DNA of 64,000 nucleotides from Eledone cirrhosa (GCA_964016885.1 OZ024745.1:132060001-132124000), one strand, 5' to 3'. Positions 25,428 through 37,572 are shown, counted from the stretch's first letter. Numbers and translations are program-made. The notes: a model not told the origin generated them from the letters alone.

Positions 25428-25735
25428 AATATGGTTTTAATAATATAGTTTCCATTTATTAATATATTGTGTATTTACTCCACGAAACTGTTGAGTGCTT
25501 TATATCAGTTATAAAAATGTTTAAGCTTGTTGAATCCCAACAAATTAAATATAACCTCTGCATATATATATATATATATATATATGCACATATAAATATA
25601 TGTATGTCTGTATATATATATATATATGTATCTATATATATATGTATATATATCAGATAGGGTGTGGTAAAAAACCAGGTAAACCACAACCCACCTGAAT
25701 ACTCGAGACATGGGGTAGTAGAGTGGGTAATATGA

Positions 25736-25816
25736 AAAGATTCAGGACCCTGACAGCTAGATCTGTTCAGATCTAGCTGTCGAAATGGCCGAAGCTCAGC
25801 TGTCGGGGTCCTGAAT

Positions 25817-25820
<4 letters not shown>
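25736..25820. repeat. Nested fold-back next to (TA)n
   Basis: Outer arms AAAGATTCAGGACCCTGACAGCT / AGCTGTCGGGGTCCTGAATCTTT; inner palindrome GACAGCTAGATCT-GTTC-AGATCTAGCTGTC. Confidence 0.9.
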
Positions 25821-25873
<53 letters not shown>

Positions 25874-25903
25874 CATATGTATATATACATACATATATAT
25901 ATA

Positions 25904-25984
25904 TTGGGTCGTCAAGTATGTGAAATTTGTAGAAATTTGTTTTTTTTCTACAAATTTCTTCACATTTCTCACTTGACAACCCAA
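25904..25984. mobile_element. 81-bp mariner-like MITE in (TA)n
   Basis: TA|TTGGGTCGTCAAGT...ACTTGACAACCCAA|TA; almost entirely palindromic. Confidence 0.7.
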
Positions 25985-26319
25985 TATATATATATATGTA
26001 CATATATATATATATATGTATTTTTACAAAATATGCAGGTGCCAAATAATATTGATATTACTGTGAAGTTTCAATATTTTTTATCAGCATAAAATATTGG
26101 TTCGTTATATTAGCTTATGTTGCATTCCTGCTAATAACATTTATGTATTTATTACAAGACTTGCATACCTTCATTATTTAACGCTGCTTCAGGCTACTGA
26201 AACTTCAAGCCATTGAATCGAGCAGCTACTAAACATATTAAGGAAAAGTTTGTTTAAGTAATAATTATATTAAAGCAAAATATGAAGACAACCTTGTAAA
26301 CATGATTGTAAAAACGTCA

Positions 26320-26536
26320 TTAACCCATTAGTTACCCACCCAACCCAACCCAGCCCAACCATCTCCAGTTCTACGAAATAAAATCACTCATTTTAAAGAT
26401 TCCAACATAATTTTATATAAGAATTTACTATTTTAGTAATGAAATAATTAATAATTTTAGTAAATCTCTCAAAATTCTTCATTAATTAATTAAAATAGAA
26501 TATATTTCATTAGAAATATAGTCATGAGAGGATTAA
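26320..26536. mobile_element. piggyBac-like MITE
   Basis: TTAA-CCCATTAGTTACC ... AGAGGA-TTAA; homologous to 51172-51336. Confidence 0.55.
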
Positions 26537-26769
26537 GGATACAATTTTAATAATGATCTCTCATATTGGGGCAAAAAGAGTATTATAGTGAAATGTGTCA
26601 ACTCTATTACTTGTCATTTCAATAACCTGTCGGAGCATTATGTCTGTTCTGTGTGTGAATATAATCTTTATCTTTATCAGTTGGCCTAAGATATACACAT
26701 GAATATATATACAAAATGGGACTAACAACATCTGACTGATGAAATGACAAGTTAGTCAATCATATTCGT

Positions 26770-27060
26770 GGCCTCCCCATAGCCCCGGTGGACAGAATAG
26801 AGAAGGCGTTTCCCTGGAGGACGGCAAGAAGACGCGCTGGAAAAGCCATCCCAACACGTGAAGCTCACACCTGCGGCTGGCCAGCTCAGTGCCTATGGTG
26901 GTGTGTAGGGAGGTAGCGCTAGTGCCGAGGACACCAGAAGTCTCCACTGCCAAGGGTAGCCAGCTCAGCCCCTATGGTGGTGTGTAGGGAGGTAGCCCTA
27001 GTGCCGAGGACACCAGAAGTCTCCACTGCCAAGGGTACAACCGCAAACCTGTTGTAGAGC
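26770..27060 (-). pseudogene. CRE-like (RLE) non-LTR retrotransposon C-terminal relic with internal ~79-bp duplication
   Basis: PLAVETSGVLG...GWLFQRV..AVLQGNAFSILS; 26880-26958 is duplicated at 26959-27038. Confidence 0.7.
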
Positions 27061-27105
27061 GAGCAGCACTGTGAGATTTGAACATAAAAGATAGGCTAAA
27101 TGAAA

Positions 27106-30100
27106 CCCAGTGGACCATTTAGACCAGTCTATCACAGTTTCTCTCATCTTACTATACATGGTCCCAGTGGACTATTTAGACCAGTCTATCACAGTTTCTC
27201 TCATTTTACTATACATGGTCCCAGTGGACTATTTAGACCAGTCTATCACAGTTTCTCTCATTTTACTATACATGGTCCCAGTGGACTATTTAGACCAGTC
27301 TATCACAGTTTCTCTCATTTTACTATACATGGTCCCAGTGGACTATTTAGACCAGTCTATCACAGTTTCTCTCATTTTACTATACATGGTCCCAGTGGAC
27401 TATTTAGACCAGTCTATCACAGTTTCTCTCATCTTACTATACATGGTCCCAGTGGACTATTTAGACCAGTCTATCACAGTTTCTCTCATCTTACTATACA
27501 TGGTCCCAGTGGACCATTTAGACCAGTCTATCACAGTTTCTCTCATTTTACTATACATAGTCCCAGTGGACCATTTAGACCAGTCTATCACAGTTTCTCT
27601 CATTTTACTATACATGGTCCCAGTGGACTATTTAGACCAGTCTATCACAGTTTCTCTCATTTTACTATACATGGTCCCAGTGGACCATTTAGACCAGTCT
27701 ATCACAGTTTCTCTCATTTTACTATACATAGTCCCAGTGGACCATTTAGACCAGTCTATCACAGTTTCTCTCATCTTACTATACATGGTCCCAGTGGACC
27801 ATTTAGACCAGTCTATCACAGTTTCTCTCATTTTACTATACATAGTCCCAGTGGACCATTTAGACCAGTCTATCACAGTTTCTTTCATCTTACTATACAT
27901 GGTCCCAGTGGACCATTTAGACCAGTCTATCACAGTTTCTCTCATCTTACTATACATGGTCCCAGTGGACCATTTAGACCAGTCTATCACAGTTTCTTTC
28001 ATCTTACTATACATGGTCCCAGTGGACCATTTAGACCAGTCTATCACAGTTTCTTTCATCTTACTATACATGGTCCCAGTGGACTATTTAGACCAGTCTA
28101 TCACAGTTTCTCTCATTTTACTATACATAGTCCCAGTGGACCATTTAGACCAGTCTATCACAGTTTCTCTCATCTTACTATACATGGTCCCAGTGGACCA
28201 TTTAGACCAGTCTATCACAGTTTCTCTCATCTTACTATACATGGTCCCAGTGGACCATTTAGACCAGTCTATCACAGTTTCTTTCATCTTACTATACATG
28301 GTCCCAGTGGACCATTTAGACCAGTCTATCACAGTTTCTTTCATCTTACTATACATGGTCCCAGTGGACTATTTAGACCAGTCTATCACAGTTTCTCTCA
28401 TTTTACTATACATAGTCCCAGTGGACCATTTAGACCAGTCTATCACAGTTTCTTTCATCTTACTATACATGGTCCCAGTGGACCATTTAGACCAGTCTAT
28501 CACAGTTTCTCTCATTTTACTATACATAGTCCCAGTGGACCATTTAGACCAGTCTATCACAGTTTCTCTCATCTTACTATACATGGTCCCAGTGGACTAT
28601 TTAGACCAGTCTATCACAGTTTCTCTCATCTTACTATACATGGTCCCAGTGGACCATTTAGACCAGTCTATCACAGTTTCTCTCATTTTACTATACATAG
28701 TCCCAGTGGACTATTTAGACCAGTCTATCACAGTTTCTCTCATTTTACTATACATGGTCCCAGTGGACCATTTAGACCAGTCTATCACAGTTTCTCTCAT
28801 CTTACTATACATAGTCCCAGTGGACTATTTAGACCAGTCTATCACAGTTTCTCTCATCTTACTATACATGGTCCCAGTGGACTATTTAGACCAGTCTATC
28901 ACAGTTTCTCTCATCTTACTATACATAGTCCCAGTGGACTATTTAGACCAGTCTATCACAGTTTCTCTCATTTTACTATACATAGTCCCAGTGGACCATT
29001 TAGACCAGTCTATCACAGTTTCTCTCATCTTACTATACATAGTCCCAGTGGACTATTTAGACCAGTCTATCACAGTTTCTCTCATCTTACTATACATGGT
29101 CCCAGTGGACCATTTAGACCAGTCTATCACAGTTTCTCTCATTTTACTATACATGGTCCCAGTGGACTGTTTAGACCAGTCTATCACAGTTTCTCTCATC
29201 TTACTATACATGGTCCCAGTGGACCATTTAGACCAGTCTATCACAGTTTCTTGCATCTTACTATACATGGTCCCAGTGGACCATTTAGACCAGTCTATCA
29301 CAGTTTCTCTCATTTTACTATACATGGTCCCAGTGGACCATTTAGACCAGTCTATCACAGTTTCTTTCATCTTACTATACATGGTCCCAGTGGACCATTT
29401 AGACCAGTCTATCACAGTTTCTTTCATCTTACTATACATGGTCCCAGTGGACCATTTAGACCAGTCTATCACAGTTTCTCTCATTTTACTATACATGGTC
29501 CCAGTGGACCATTTAGACCAGTCTATCACAGTTTCTTTCATTTTACTATACATGGTCCCAGTGGACCATTTAGACCAGTCTATCACAGTTTCTCTCATCT
29601 TACTATACATGGTCCCAGTGGACCATTTAGACCAGTCTATCACAGTTTCTCTCATCTTACTATACATGGTCCCAGTGGACCATTTAGACCAGTCTATCAC
29701 AGTTTCTCTCATTTTACTATACATGGTCCCAGTGGACCATTTAGACCAGTCTATCACAGTTTCTCTCATTTTACTATACATGGTCCCAGTGGACCATTTA
29801 GACCAGTCTATCACAGTTTCTCTCATTTTACTATACATGGTCCCAGTGGACCATTTAGACCAGTCTATCACAGTTTCTCTCATCTTACTATACATGGTCC
29901 CAGTGGACCATTTAGACCAGTCTATCACAGTTTCTCTCATCTTACTATACATGGTCCCAGTGGACCATTTAGACCAGTCTATCACAGTTTCTCTCATCTT
30001 ACTATACATGGTCCCAGTGGACCATTTAGACCAGTCTATCACAGTTTCTCTCATCTTACTATACATGGTCCCAGTGGACTATTTAGACCAGTCTATCACA

Positions 30101-31540
30101 GTTTCTCTCATTTTACTATACATGGTCCCAGTGGACCATTTAGACCAGTCTATCACAGTTTCTCTCATTTTACTATACATGGTCCCAGTGGACCATTTAG
30201 ACCAGTCTATCACAGTTTCTCTCATCTTACTATACATGGTCCCAGTGGACCATTTAGACCAGTCTATCACAGTTTCTCTCATCTTACTATACATAGTCCC
30301 AGTGGACTATTTAGACCAGTCTATCACAGTTTCTCTCATCTTACTATACATGGTCCCAGTGGACCATTTAGACCAGTCTATCACAGTTTCTCTCATCTTA
30401 CTATACATGGTCCCAGTGGACCATTTAGACCAGTCTATCACAGTTTCTCTCATCTTACTATACATGGTCCCAGTGGACTATTTAGACCAGTCTATCACAG
30501 TTTCTCTCATTTTACTATACATGGTCCCAGTGGACCATTTAGACCAGTCTATCACAGTTTCTCTCATTTTACTATACATAGTCCCAGTGGACCATTTAGA
30601 CCAGTCTATCACAGTTTCTCTCATCTTACTATACATGGTCCCAGTGGACCATTTAGACCAGTCTATCACAGTTTCTCTCATCTTACTATACATAGTCCCA
30701 GTGGACTATTTAGACCAGTCTATCACAGTTTCTCTCATCTTACTATACATGGTCCCAGTGGACCATTTAGACCAGTCTATCACAGTTTCTTTCATCTTAC
30801 TATACATGGTCCCAGTGGACTATTTAGACCAGTCTATGACAGTTTCTCTCATTTTACTATACATGGTCCCAGTGGACCATTTAGACCAGTCTATGACAGT
30901 TTCTCTCATTTTACTATACATGGTCCCAGTGGACCATTTAGACCAGTCTATCACAGTTTCTCTCATCTTACTATACATGGTCCCAGTGGACCATTTAGAC
31001 CAGTCTATCACAGTTTCTTTCATCTTACTATACATGGTCCCGGTGGACCATTTAGACCAGTCTATCACAGTTTCTCTCATTTTACTATACATAGTCCCAG
31101 TGGACTATTTAGACCAGTCTATCACAGTTTCTCTCATCTTACTATACATGGTCCCAGTGGACCATTTAGACCAGTCTATCACAGTTTCTTTCATTTTACT
31201 ATACATGGTCCCAGTGGACTATTTAGACCAGTCTATCACAGTTTCTCTCATCTTACTATACATGGTCCCAGTGGACTATTTAGACCAGTCTATCACAGTT
31301 TCTCTCATTTTACTATACATGGTCCCAGTGGACTATTTAGACCAGTCTATCACAGTTTCTCTCATCTTACTATACATGGTCCCAGTGGACTATTTAGACC
31401 AGTCTATTACAGTTTCTCTCATCTTACTATACATGGTCCCAGTGGACTATTTAGACCAGTCTATTACAGTTTCTCTCATCTTACTATACATGGTCCCAGT
31501 GGACTATTTAGACCAGTCTATTACAGTTTCTCTCATCTTA
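27106..31540. repeat. 57-bp tandem array, ~78 copies, highly homogeneous
   Basis: Unit CCCAGTGGAC(C/T)ATTTAGACCAGTCTATCACAGTTTCT(C/T)TCAT(C/T)TTACTATACAT(G/A)GT. Confidence 0.99.
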
Positions 31541-31635
31541 AAGACAAAGTTGACCTTGGTGGTATTTAAACTCAGTGAGTAGAAAGCCAAAATGAACACC
31601 ACAAAACATTCTATACGATTCTGCCAATTCGCTGC
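31541..31635 (-). mobile_element. 5' part of a SINE family B copy abutting the 57-bp array
   Basis: AAGACAAAGTTGACCTTGGTGGTATTTAAACTCAG is the reverse complement of the family B B-box and core start. Confidence 0.65.
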
Positions 31636-32761
31636 CTTGTAAGCATTAAACCCCCCAAAGTACTTCTTATTATGAGATGTCTATCTATTAACAAGTTACA
31701 TGGAGAGTTTAAGAATATTAGAATGTGAAATTCTGGAGTTGTGAGGAATTAACAGAGTAAAGCAATAAATTGGTAGAGTCAGTGATACATCAGATAGCTG
31801 ACAATATTTATTCCATCTTTCTTTACTCTGAGTTCAAATTAAGTGGAGGTTAACTTTAGCTTTCATTATTTTCTTTTTGGTGGTAGTGGGGGTGATAAAA
31901 TATCAATTTGAGACGGTGGGTTGGCAGAATTGTTAGGGCATCAGAAGGAATGATTTGTAGTATATATTCTGGCTCTATGACATCTGAGTTCAAGCCACAC
32001 CTCTTGTCATAAGAAAAATAGCAACTAGATGTGGCCCCTATTATCAAAACTCCAAAATATCACCAATGAGATGCAACCACTTAGGAGATGAGCAAAGCCT
32101 TCTCAGGTGTATACCATAACAACAAGAAGAGCAACAACATCAACATATGGAGTATGAAGCCAAACCTTCTTCTTCAAAAAGTAGCTACGGTTTTGAGCAT
32201 CTTTGTATGTTGTAAATATATATATATGCCTTTATATGATTTAAATATATAAACATATATTGGTATCAGTTGCTTTGGAAGTTGAAACCATAAGGATTTT
32301 ATGTTTGCTGATTTACCATTAAAATATTATGACCATATTTTACAGTATGGAAATAGTGCCTCAACCATTGCAGTCTTCTGATCATACACATTGCTCTTTC
32401 ATGCATACTCACATGCTGGTTTTAGTCACACACACTTTTTTTTATTAGTCTGATAAATATGTGAGTATGTAGATGAATGCAAACAGGGAATTTATAGATA
32501 ACTAGGTTTTGGTGATGAAATTTTTTTACTATAGAATAAGAATAAAAGGGGTGTAATGTTGAAAAGAGGAAAAAAAAGTAGTCTACAAAATTGGTACAAT
32601 TATTTTAACTCAATGGGAATTGGTAAATCATGATCTCAGTGTGAAGAGTATCCTTAGAAAAAAACAAAACAAAACAAAACAAAATAGCCTCAAAACAAGA
32701 AGAATAAGTAAAGCAGATTCCCTGAAATATCGATAATGAGCTGAAAATAATATATATATAT

Positions 32762-32813
<52 letters not shown>

Positions 32814-32858
32814 GTATGTATATATATATATATATGTGTATGTATATATATATATATA

Positions 32859-32911
<53 letters not shown>

Positions 32912-32935
32912 ATACATATATATATATATACATAC

Positions 32936-32966
<31 letters not shown>

Positions 32967-32976
32967 CATATATATA

Positions 32977-33014
<38 letters not shown>

Positions 33015-33040
33015 TATACATATATGTATATGTTATATAT

Positions 33041-33080
33041 ATATTCTCAGGATATATATATATATATATCCTGAGAATAT
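33041..33080. repeat. Perfect palindrome with (AT)n centre
   Basis: ATATTCTCAGG-(AT)n-CCTGAGAATAT. Confidence 0.95.
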
Positions 33081-34097
33081 GAATGAGAGCTCAAACTATG
33101 AAAATAGAACTACCACTGATGAAATAAATGGTTTTTAATCTATGTCTTTACTTCCAGCAGAGAAAATTAACCATAGAAAATTCTAATTTGGTGTTTTATA
33201 TTAAAATCTGTTGTTCACACTTTCTTTTAATGTTCATTCATTTAGGAAGGTTTGTATGTTCTTTTTGTTAAACTATTCACCTTGCAACTAAGGACATTTG
33301 GGGCATTTTCTAATTACTTAGTCACATTCAAAATATTTGAATGAAATTCATATAATCTGTACAAATGGCAACTGCGAGATTAAATCCAGCTGGGCTTTTA
33401 AAGACATTACCATTTGATTGACTGTTCCTTTGCTCACACAGGTGACAAGACTTGAAACAAGCCAAGCTTAATTGGAGGATTTCAGCCTTGTAATTCTTCT
33501 CATCTGCTATGCTGCCAAACTGCTACAATAAATGGAAATATATGGAAACTATGCTTCATGAATAAGAATTCTATTAGTACCATTACATTCAATTTACATA
33601 AACCTTTGGCAAATAAAATAAAAGAATATATAAATAAATAAAAAAGCAACATGCAAATATTCTTCACTTATGAGAAAAATATATTAATAATATTTGCATC
33701 TCTCTTTCATTAAGGTGTGTTATTTCCCTTCTATCATACATACATCCTCATCATTTTATGCCTACTTTTTCATTGAGTTGGGGGAAACTTTTTGAGGCAG
33801 GTTTTTATGGCTGGGTGTCCTTATATATTTTTTGAATGATGTCAATATGAAGATATTTGCAGTAACTGACCCGCACACACACACACATGTACATGATATA
33901 TATATCATCATCATCAGTGTTTAACATCCATTTCCCCACATTGTCATGGGTTAGATGAGTTATTCTGTTGTGAGCAAGTCCAGGTCAGGTGACCATGTCT
34001 CGCTCATACAGAACGGAGTTTCGCTTGGGTTTTACAGCTAGATGCTCTTCCCTATGCCAACATCATTTAGAGTGTGTACTTGATGCTTTTTCTCTTA

Positions 34098-34586
34098 CAG
34101 TCAGTAGGCATCTCTATCAAAACACACCCCCGTCCCACCACCTCCACCCCACCCACACCGCCCCTTTCAATGTAAAGTTATGTTGGTCCCACAACATCCA
34201 GGCCGAAACAAATGAGATCGTGTAGGTGTCACGACAAAAAACACACAGTCCACGCTGTAAATGTGGCCGTGTAGGCAACACGGTAAAAACCTCCCAGCCC
34301 CACACTGTAAATGTGGTTGGTGTTAGGAAGGGCATCCAGCTGTAGAAAACCCGCCAGACAGTCCACACTGTAATGTGGCCGTGTAGGCAACACGGTAAAA
34401 ACCTCCCAGCCCCACACTGTAAATGTGGTTGGTGTTAGGAAGGGCATCCAACTGTAGAAAACCCGCCAGACAGTCCTATGCGAGCAAGACAACCACTCTT
34501 GCCTCAAGTGGGAAAACCCCCGTCCAAACCCATGCAAGCGTGGAACACGGACGCTAAACCTGATGATGATGATGATGATGATGATG
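34098..34586 (+). mobile_element. RTE 3' UTR fragment with internal ~120-bp tandem duplication
   Basis: Homologous to 3255-3628; the CAGTCCAC...CCCGCCAGA block occurs twice; (GAT)n tail. Confidence 0.85.
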
Positions 34587-34669
34587 GCTTCCCCCTCGTT
34601 ATCGAGTATGGCCTTTGCACGAAAAGAAAGTAATAATAATAACGTCAATAATAATAATAACAATAACAA

Positions 34670-34786
34670 TAATTGTTTCTATTTTAGGCACAAGGCCAGC
34701 AATTACCCAGTACATTACTGGTACTTTATTTTATCGACCCCGTAAGGATGAAAGGCAAAGTTAACCTCGGCCGGATTTGAACTCAG
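34670..34786 (-). mobile_element. 5'-truncated SINE family B
   Basis: Reverse complement of the family B core and tail; flanked by CAATAACAATAAT. Confidence 0.8.
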
Positions 34787-35059
34787 ATAACAATAACAAT
34801 AATAATAATAAAACACACACACATACACACACACACAATAACAATTAATGGTGCTGCGATCGAATGTGGCTTTTTAGCCCAGCCAATGATCTAAAATGTC
34901 TTGCACAGAGTTGGTAACCAAAACATTCACTGGTAATAGCCAGCTGTGGTTGGACTTCATGTACTTTTGCATGTCGTTTGAGCCCTCCTGCTCATTATAC
35001 TCTCTACTACATGCTTGGCAGGCATGATGAGTAGCACTTGAGGCAAGATTGATCAGATA

Positions 35060-35365
35060 CACGTATCTTGCTCATATAGGACTGTATCTGGCAGGTTTTC
35101 TATGGCTGGATGCCCTCCCTAACACCAACCACATTTACAGTGTGGACTGGGAGCCTTTTTACTGTGTTTCCTACATGACCACTTTACAGCGGGGACTGTG
35201 TGTGACACCTACACAACCTCTTTAGTTTGGACTGGATGTTGTGGTACCAACATAACTTTATAGAAAAAGGGTGGTATTGGTGGGAGTGAGAGGATGGGGT
35301 AGTGGGTTGGAGTGTATATTTGGTTAGGAGAGGCCTATTAACTGTAGGTTTACTTTGTGTGCGTG
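35060..35365 (-). mobile_element. RTE 3' UTR fragment
   Basis: Reverse complement of ~3235-3545. Confidence 0.75.
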
Positions 35366-35671
35366 TGTATGGAGGGGGGATATAAGGTATAGTGTTGGTA
35401 AATCTCAGGAAACATGGAGATTTTAAAGGATGCAGTGTCTCGAAAGCTAACAATTGATGCAGGTAGTTTACGCCATGCTTCAGCAACTCTGAGCATGAAA
35501 AAATGTTTCCAAAAGTCATGGGAGCTGTGTTACTTTCTGACTTTGTTGACAACCAAAAATTTGAAAAAAAATAACAAACAACCTTCGGCCTCCATGATGC
35601 ATAGTAGATTTTTGAGACTTAATTTTTTAAAAAAGTAGCGTCTTCAATGTCAGGAAATACGTATATATATA

Positions 35672-36130
35672 TATGTGTGAAATTCGTAAATCTAAAGATA
35701 TATGTATGTTTAATAAATAAACATTTTGAAAGGCTCAGCTATGAATAGAACACAAAATTCCCATACATACTTGTATACAGCTATGTCGAAGCTAAATTCT
35801 AATTCTATTTTAAGTTGATCCAACTTATACAGATTTGTATGCAAATGAAGCTAATCAGCTCTTTTACACAAGCAAAAAAACTATATATTTTTGTCTGTTT
35901 CAAAGTCCAGCAGTAGAAAGCATTGTCTTGATGAGAACCATTTAAGTTCAAAGTGCATAGAAAATTATACCCCCTTGCTTCTCCTGGGCTCCATTCGACA
36001 GCACTGCCGTCAGTCTTCTATTCATAGCTGAGCCTTTCAAAATGTTTATTTATTAAACATACTATATATCTTTAGATATACAAAATTCACATACATATTT
36101 GTATGCAGCTATGTCGAAGCTAAATTCTAA
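35672..36130. mobile_element. Inverted plus direct repeat complex; possible PLE pLTR rearrangement
   Basis: 35672-35749 is the reverse complement of 36016-36094; 35753-35802 is directly repeated at 36081-36130; degenerate hammerhead-like motif at 35922-35965. Confidence 0.55.
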
Positions 36131-36155
36131 TCACACACACACGCACGCGCGTGCG

Positions 36156-36186
<31 letters not shown>

Positions 36187-37296
36187 AGACACACACACAC
36201 ACACACACACATATGGGTTTATGAATTTGCGAAATATGTTTTTTGCCCTGTTTTTTTTATTGTGATATAACAGTCAGTATCGTGGAAGGGAGATAATTAA
36301 TAGAAGTTATATTTCTATCACAGCTTAAATAATCTAAGTAACCAGATAATTAACTAAGAGAATTCCCAATTTACATATAACTAAGAATGAAATCAGACCA
36401 GTTATGCTACAAAAAGTGTATAAATATTATATATGTTTATATGTATCTATATAAAAATGGGGGGTCGGGGTGGGGGTGCTGTGCTGTTAAATTAAAGGTA
36501 CTCATGAATACGCCAAAGGTAATTTATATATCAATATATTCTCATAGCTCCTATTATCAATACTTTGTTAAATATTTATATGGTTGTAGTTGAAATTAAA
36601 TTTAAATCAGGTTATCACAACTTGATCATGATCAATTTATAATTACCTCTGGTATTTAAATTGATGTGCTGGAAATTTACTTAATTAAATATAAAAATAT
36701 ATTGAGTGTTACATTAATTAGTCAATATCAAGTATAGTCATAATTTCTAAAATTGCAGAATAGGGTTACTAATGTACTGAGATGGAAGTGTCATACAGTA
36801 TATAGCGCTACTAACTAAATATATTATCATCTGAATAATGTCTATACTATTGATTATGGATTCAGAGCACATAACATACTCTTATATAAAAGTGCAGGGC
36901 TACAGGAAAGATATAATACTATACTCAAGATTATTGCTGCAACCAATAACAATCATTTAGGTCATCAAAAGTAATAGAATAGGTACTTTCATTCATATGA
37001 TTATACTACCAAACTTGATATAAATACGGGATTAATGTGGAAAAATAATTCCCCAGCCCACACTGTAAGGCAGTCATGTAGGTGTTGTGACAAAAAGCAC
37101 CAGCACTCACTGTAAATGTGGTTGGTGCTAGGAAGGGCATCTGGCCATAGAAACCAAGCCCAAATTGGTTCTGTATGAGTAAGATATGGTCATCTGAGCT
37201 TCCCTTGCCTCAAATAGAACACCCCATCTAACCCATGCTAGCATGGAAAATGAATGTTAAACAGTGATGATGATGATGATGATGATGATGATATAT

Positions 37297-37329
<33 letters not shown>

Positions 37330-37572
37330 GAGAGAGAGATATTCCTCTGCAAAGTATTTTATTGATTGAAAGAAATTCCTTATTTGGCCCGAAGCAATGG
37401 AATATATAGGAAAATAGATGTAAGATGATAAGTTAATTAATTTATATCAGTATATCTATGATACAATGTATTTATCTATATGATGATGATGATGACATTG
37501 TATAGCTGTGTGTATGATATAACTGTATGTATTTCTCTATATGTATATGTGATATAACTGTGTGTGTATTTC

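Larger units (their letters stand above)
23428..25562 (+). mobile_element. 5'-truncated C-terminal-endonuclease Penelope-like element (probably Hydra clade) with long 3' UTR
   Basis: GIY-YIG coding segment, ~1.4 kb of very AT-rich sequence, a hammerhead-bearing pLTR, then (TA)n. That all parts are one element is inferred from order and orientation. Confidence 0.7.

Noticed and set aside
27106-31540. CRISPR-like array
   Set aside because: No unique spacers; the whole unit repeats, there are no cas genes, and the context is eukaryotic.
27100-31582. 1489-aa and 1490-aa ORFs as real genes
   Set aside because: They coincide exactly with a 57-bp (3x19) tandem array, two frames are equally open, and there is no unique domain, signal peptide or splice context.
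32100-32215. Possible host exon (AG...GT bounded, one open frame)
   Set aside because: Short, no recognisable homology and no partner exons; not supportable without transcript data.
33425-33535. Possible terminal exon (polypyrimidine-CAG, AATAAA)
   Set aside because: Such signals are common by chance in AT-rich DNA; no coding support.
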